DNA of 47,838 nucleotides from Dimargaris cristalligena (Eukaryota): NCBI GenBank assembly GCA_003614675.1, contig ML002285.1, positions 1 to 47,838 of the forward strand, read 5' to 3'. Shown piece by piece: positions 45,801 to 47,838 of this stretch (position 1 is its first letter; each line of letters starts with the position of its first letter). The notes under the pieces were generated by a model. It saw only the letters and a program-made list of their open reading frames with translations, ran no database searches and was not told where the DNA came from. The position numbers and the translations under genes were made by a program.

Positions 45801-47040
45801 CTCTTGTAAATAAAGGGAATCATGTAATCAGAGCCTGGAAATGGGGTTTGAGTGTAGAAAACAGGGGGCTGTAAAATTGATCCACAATGTGCTGTTTCGT
45901 TAAAATCCCTCAAATACCCTAGGCGTGAACCAATTGTTAACCCCACCCTCCCATTTATCGTGGTGTTATCAAGGGATTACCAAGGCATTTAACCCCGAGA
46001 GATGAAGGGGGGAGGGACTCATCGCGGTAAAACATATAACCGTTTCAAACTTCGGTGTGAGCCAACTATCCGAAACGATGACCCCCCCCCAGCCGGTCTT
46101 ACCCTGTTACCCTAGATTATAGGGCTGATTAACCAAATAGTATGTGTGACCAGCGTGTTTCCTCGACACAGTATTTTAAAATGATGGAACTGGCTGCTCC
46201 CTTGAAATCTCTTTGATTGCCTGGCTATAAGTGCCTTATACAATTGGGTCCTATTTACCGCTTGAATATTATAGAGACTCCTAATTTCGCTACCGTTACA
46301 TTACGACGTCGCCTCCTCGGTAGAAAAGTAGCCATACGATCTCGGTGGTCACTAAACGGCTATGATAAGAAGTATACTTTAAACATGCGGTTCCTTTTAA
46401 TAGACAGGTGAAGTCTATATGGTATGCGAATAATAAATACTATCCTCGCCCTAATAACAAAAACTGATATTAATCATACTTATATAGTTTTCGGTGTCAA
46501 TGACAATACGATGTCCAGCCCCTGATGGGTTGGTCAAAAAGGGGTAAACTGGTAGAAAAGTAGGGAGGGGAGTGAGAAGAACCGTTGATTTTCATGCACC
46601 ATCGATTTTGGCTCTGACTACTCCAGATGCGGATACACCCACTTTTAAAATAGCTAGGGCACTAGGTAAAGCTGTTGGAACTAAAATTGGGTGTGGTTGT
46701 TACATTGTCTAAGTGGAAACAAGAATTGACCAATATATGTATATAATGTTTACAGTACCGGTAAGTATCCTGAAATTGTTACAAATCATCGCCAGTCTCA
46801 CGGTATCCTCTATATCAATAATACCATTAACCTTTGCTTGGCCTTAAAGAGGACTCCGCTGGTTCAATTTTTTTACTAGTAGGGATATGAAGGATAGTAT
46901 AACTGGGCTAAACACGCCCCGAAGCTCATTGGAAAGCACATTTGGTCGGGCCGTTCTACCAGCTTTGGCCTATATCCATCATACTATTACTCTGGAACTT
47001 AATTATTATAAATGTCTATTTTTAAGCGAAAAATACATTA

Positions 47041-47740
47041 TAGTTAAATATCTCTGTCATTGCTAGAGAATATAATGTGCTATTTTATTAAGGATATATT
47101 CAGGTGAAGTGGGGGTTCATTAAAAGTAAATCTAAGGCAGGTGGACTTTTGTTCATATTAGCCATCCACAGGAAACATTAAACTAAGTAAATATTCAGTA
47201 GAGTACAAGGGAGCAGAGTAAAAGGGTAAGGGTGATGAGGGTGCTGGTAAACTAAACAAGTAGGAACATGTTAGCTGAACATCCTTCATATAATTGGCTT
47301 AGATTTTAGTGTATGTGGACCAGAAATGCATGATAAATGCAAGGTTCAATCCCATTGGGCCCTGAAACCTTGGGGTAACCCTTTTAGAATGACCGGGTAG
47401 TATTTTGTTCAGAACACTTGGTTGTTTTGGTCCCTGAGCATGCCATCCTTGGATATAAGGAACCATTATGTTGGTACTGGCAGGCCTAGCCCCAGCTGCA
47501 GGGTTAGGATTAACATTACAAAAGCTTTATCCAAAGGAAATTTGTTGTGTGATATTTACTAACTTTGTTTATTGGCCTAGGGGTCTTTGGGGAATTGGAA
47601 ACTTCACTAAAGAAAATAATGGTTAGAGTCAGTTCTGTTACTTCCAGTGATAATATGGTGGCTATTATAATGGAGGGTATAGATGGAAGAAACTCAAACC
47701 AGCTATATAAGCTTTTACATAATACATGTATGATGTTGCC
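47041..47740. other. CpG-depleted non-coding patch, possible methylated and decayed repeat or pseudogene
   Basis: By-eye count of one CpG in 700 nt, whereas most of the window is CpG-rich. Confidence 0.4.
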
Positions 47741-47838
47741 CGAGTTAACCACTCTTAGTCCGTCAAGAGTCTCGGGGGTAGGCTTCTAACAGTAGGCGGG
47801 GCGTTGGACACGGCCAAGCGGGCTACTAGTGTTAGGGG

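Noticed and set aside
47343..47363. GGTTCAATCCC resembling a tRNA T-loop/B-box
   Set aside because: The T-stem does not pair, and no D-arm, anticodon arm or acceptor stem can be built.
47831..47838. GTTAGGGG at the window end resembling a telomere repeat
   Set aside because: It is a single unit at an arbitrary window boundary.

Overview
Eukaryotic, fungal-type genomic DNA with GC-rich exons, GT-AG spliceosomal introns of about 180-475 nt and the standard genetic code. The gene content (GLTSCR1-domain protein, WDR7-like protein, UPF0658 membrane protein, VID27) and style suggest an early-diverging fungus, possibly Zoopagomycota such as Dimargaris; this is inference only. Eleven protein-coding genes were reconstructed by hand, in order: GLTSCR1/BICRA-domain protein (-), PWP1 (+), POL12 (-, 3 exons), UPF0658-like membrane protein (-, 3 exons), secreted orphan (-), FolC-family FOL3-like ligase (-), VID27 (-), aquaglyceroporin (+), very large WDR7/rabconnectin-3-beta-like gene (+, at least 6 exons, one frame break), signal-peptide plus F-box-like protein (+, 2 exons), and a Crz1-like C2H2 transcription factor (-, frame break at a G10 run). 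No rRNA, tRNA, CRISPR or intact transposon was found. The best lead is the secreted F-box-like protein, a candidate effector that could hijack a host SCF ligase. Other leads: a G-quadruplex-like (GG[G]ATTT)n element behind both secreted orphan genes, unusually distant intron branch points, an atypical aquaglyceroporin filter, two +1 frame breaks at homopolymers, and CpG-free patches.
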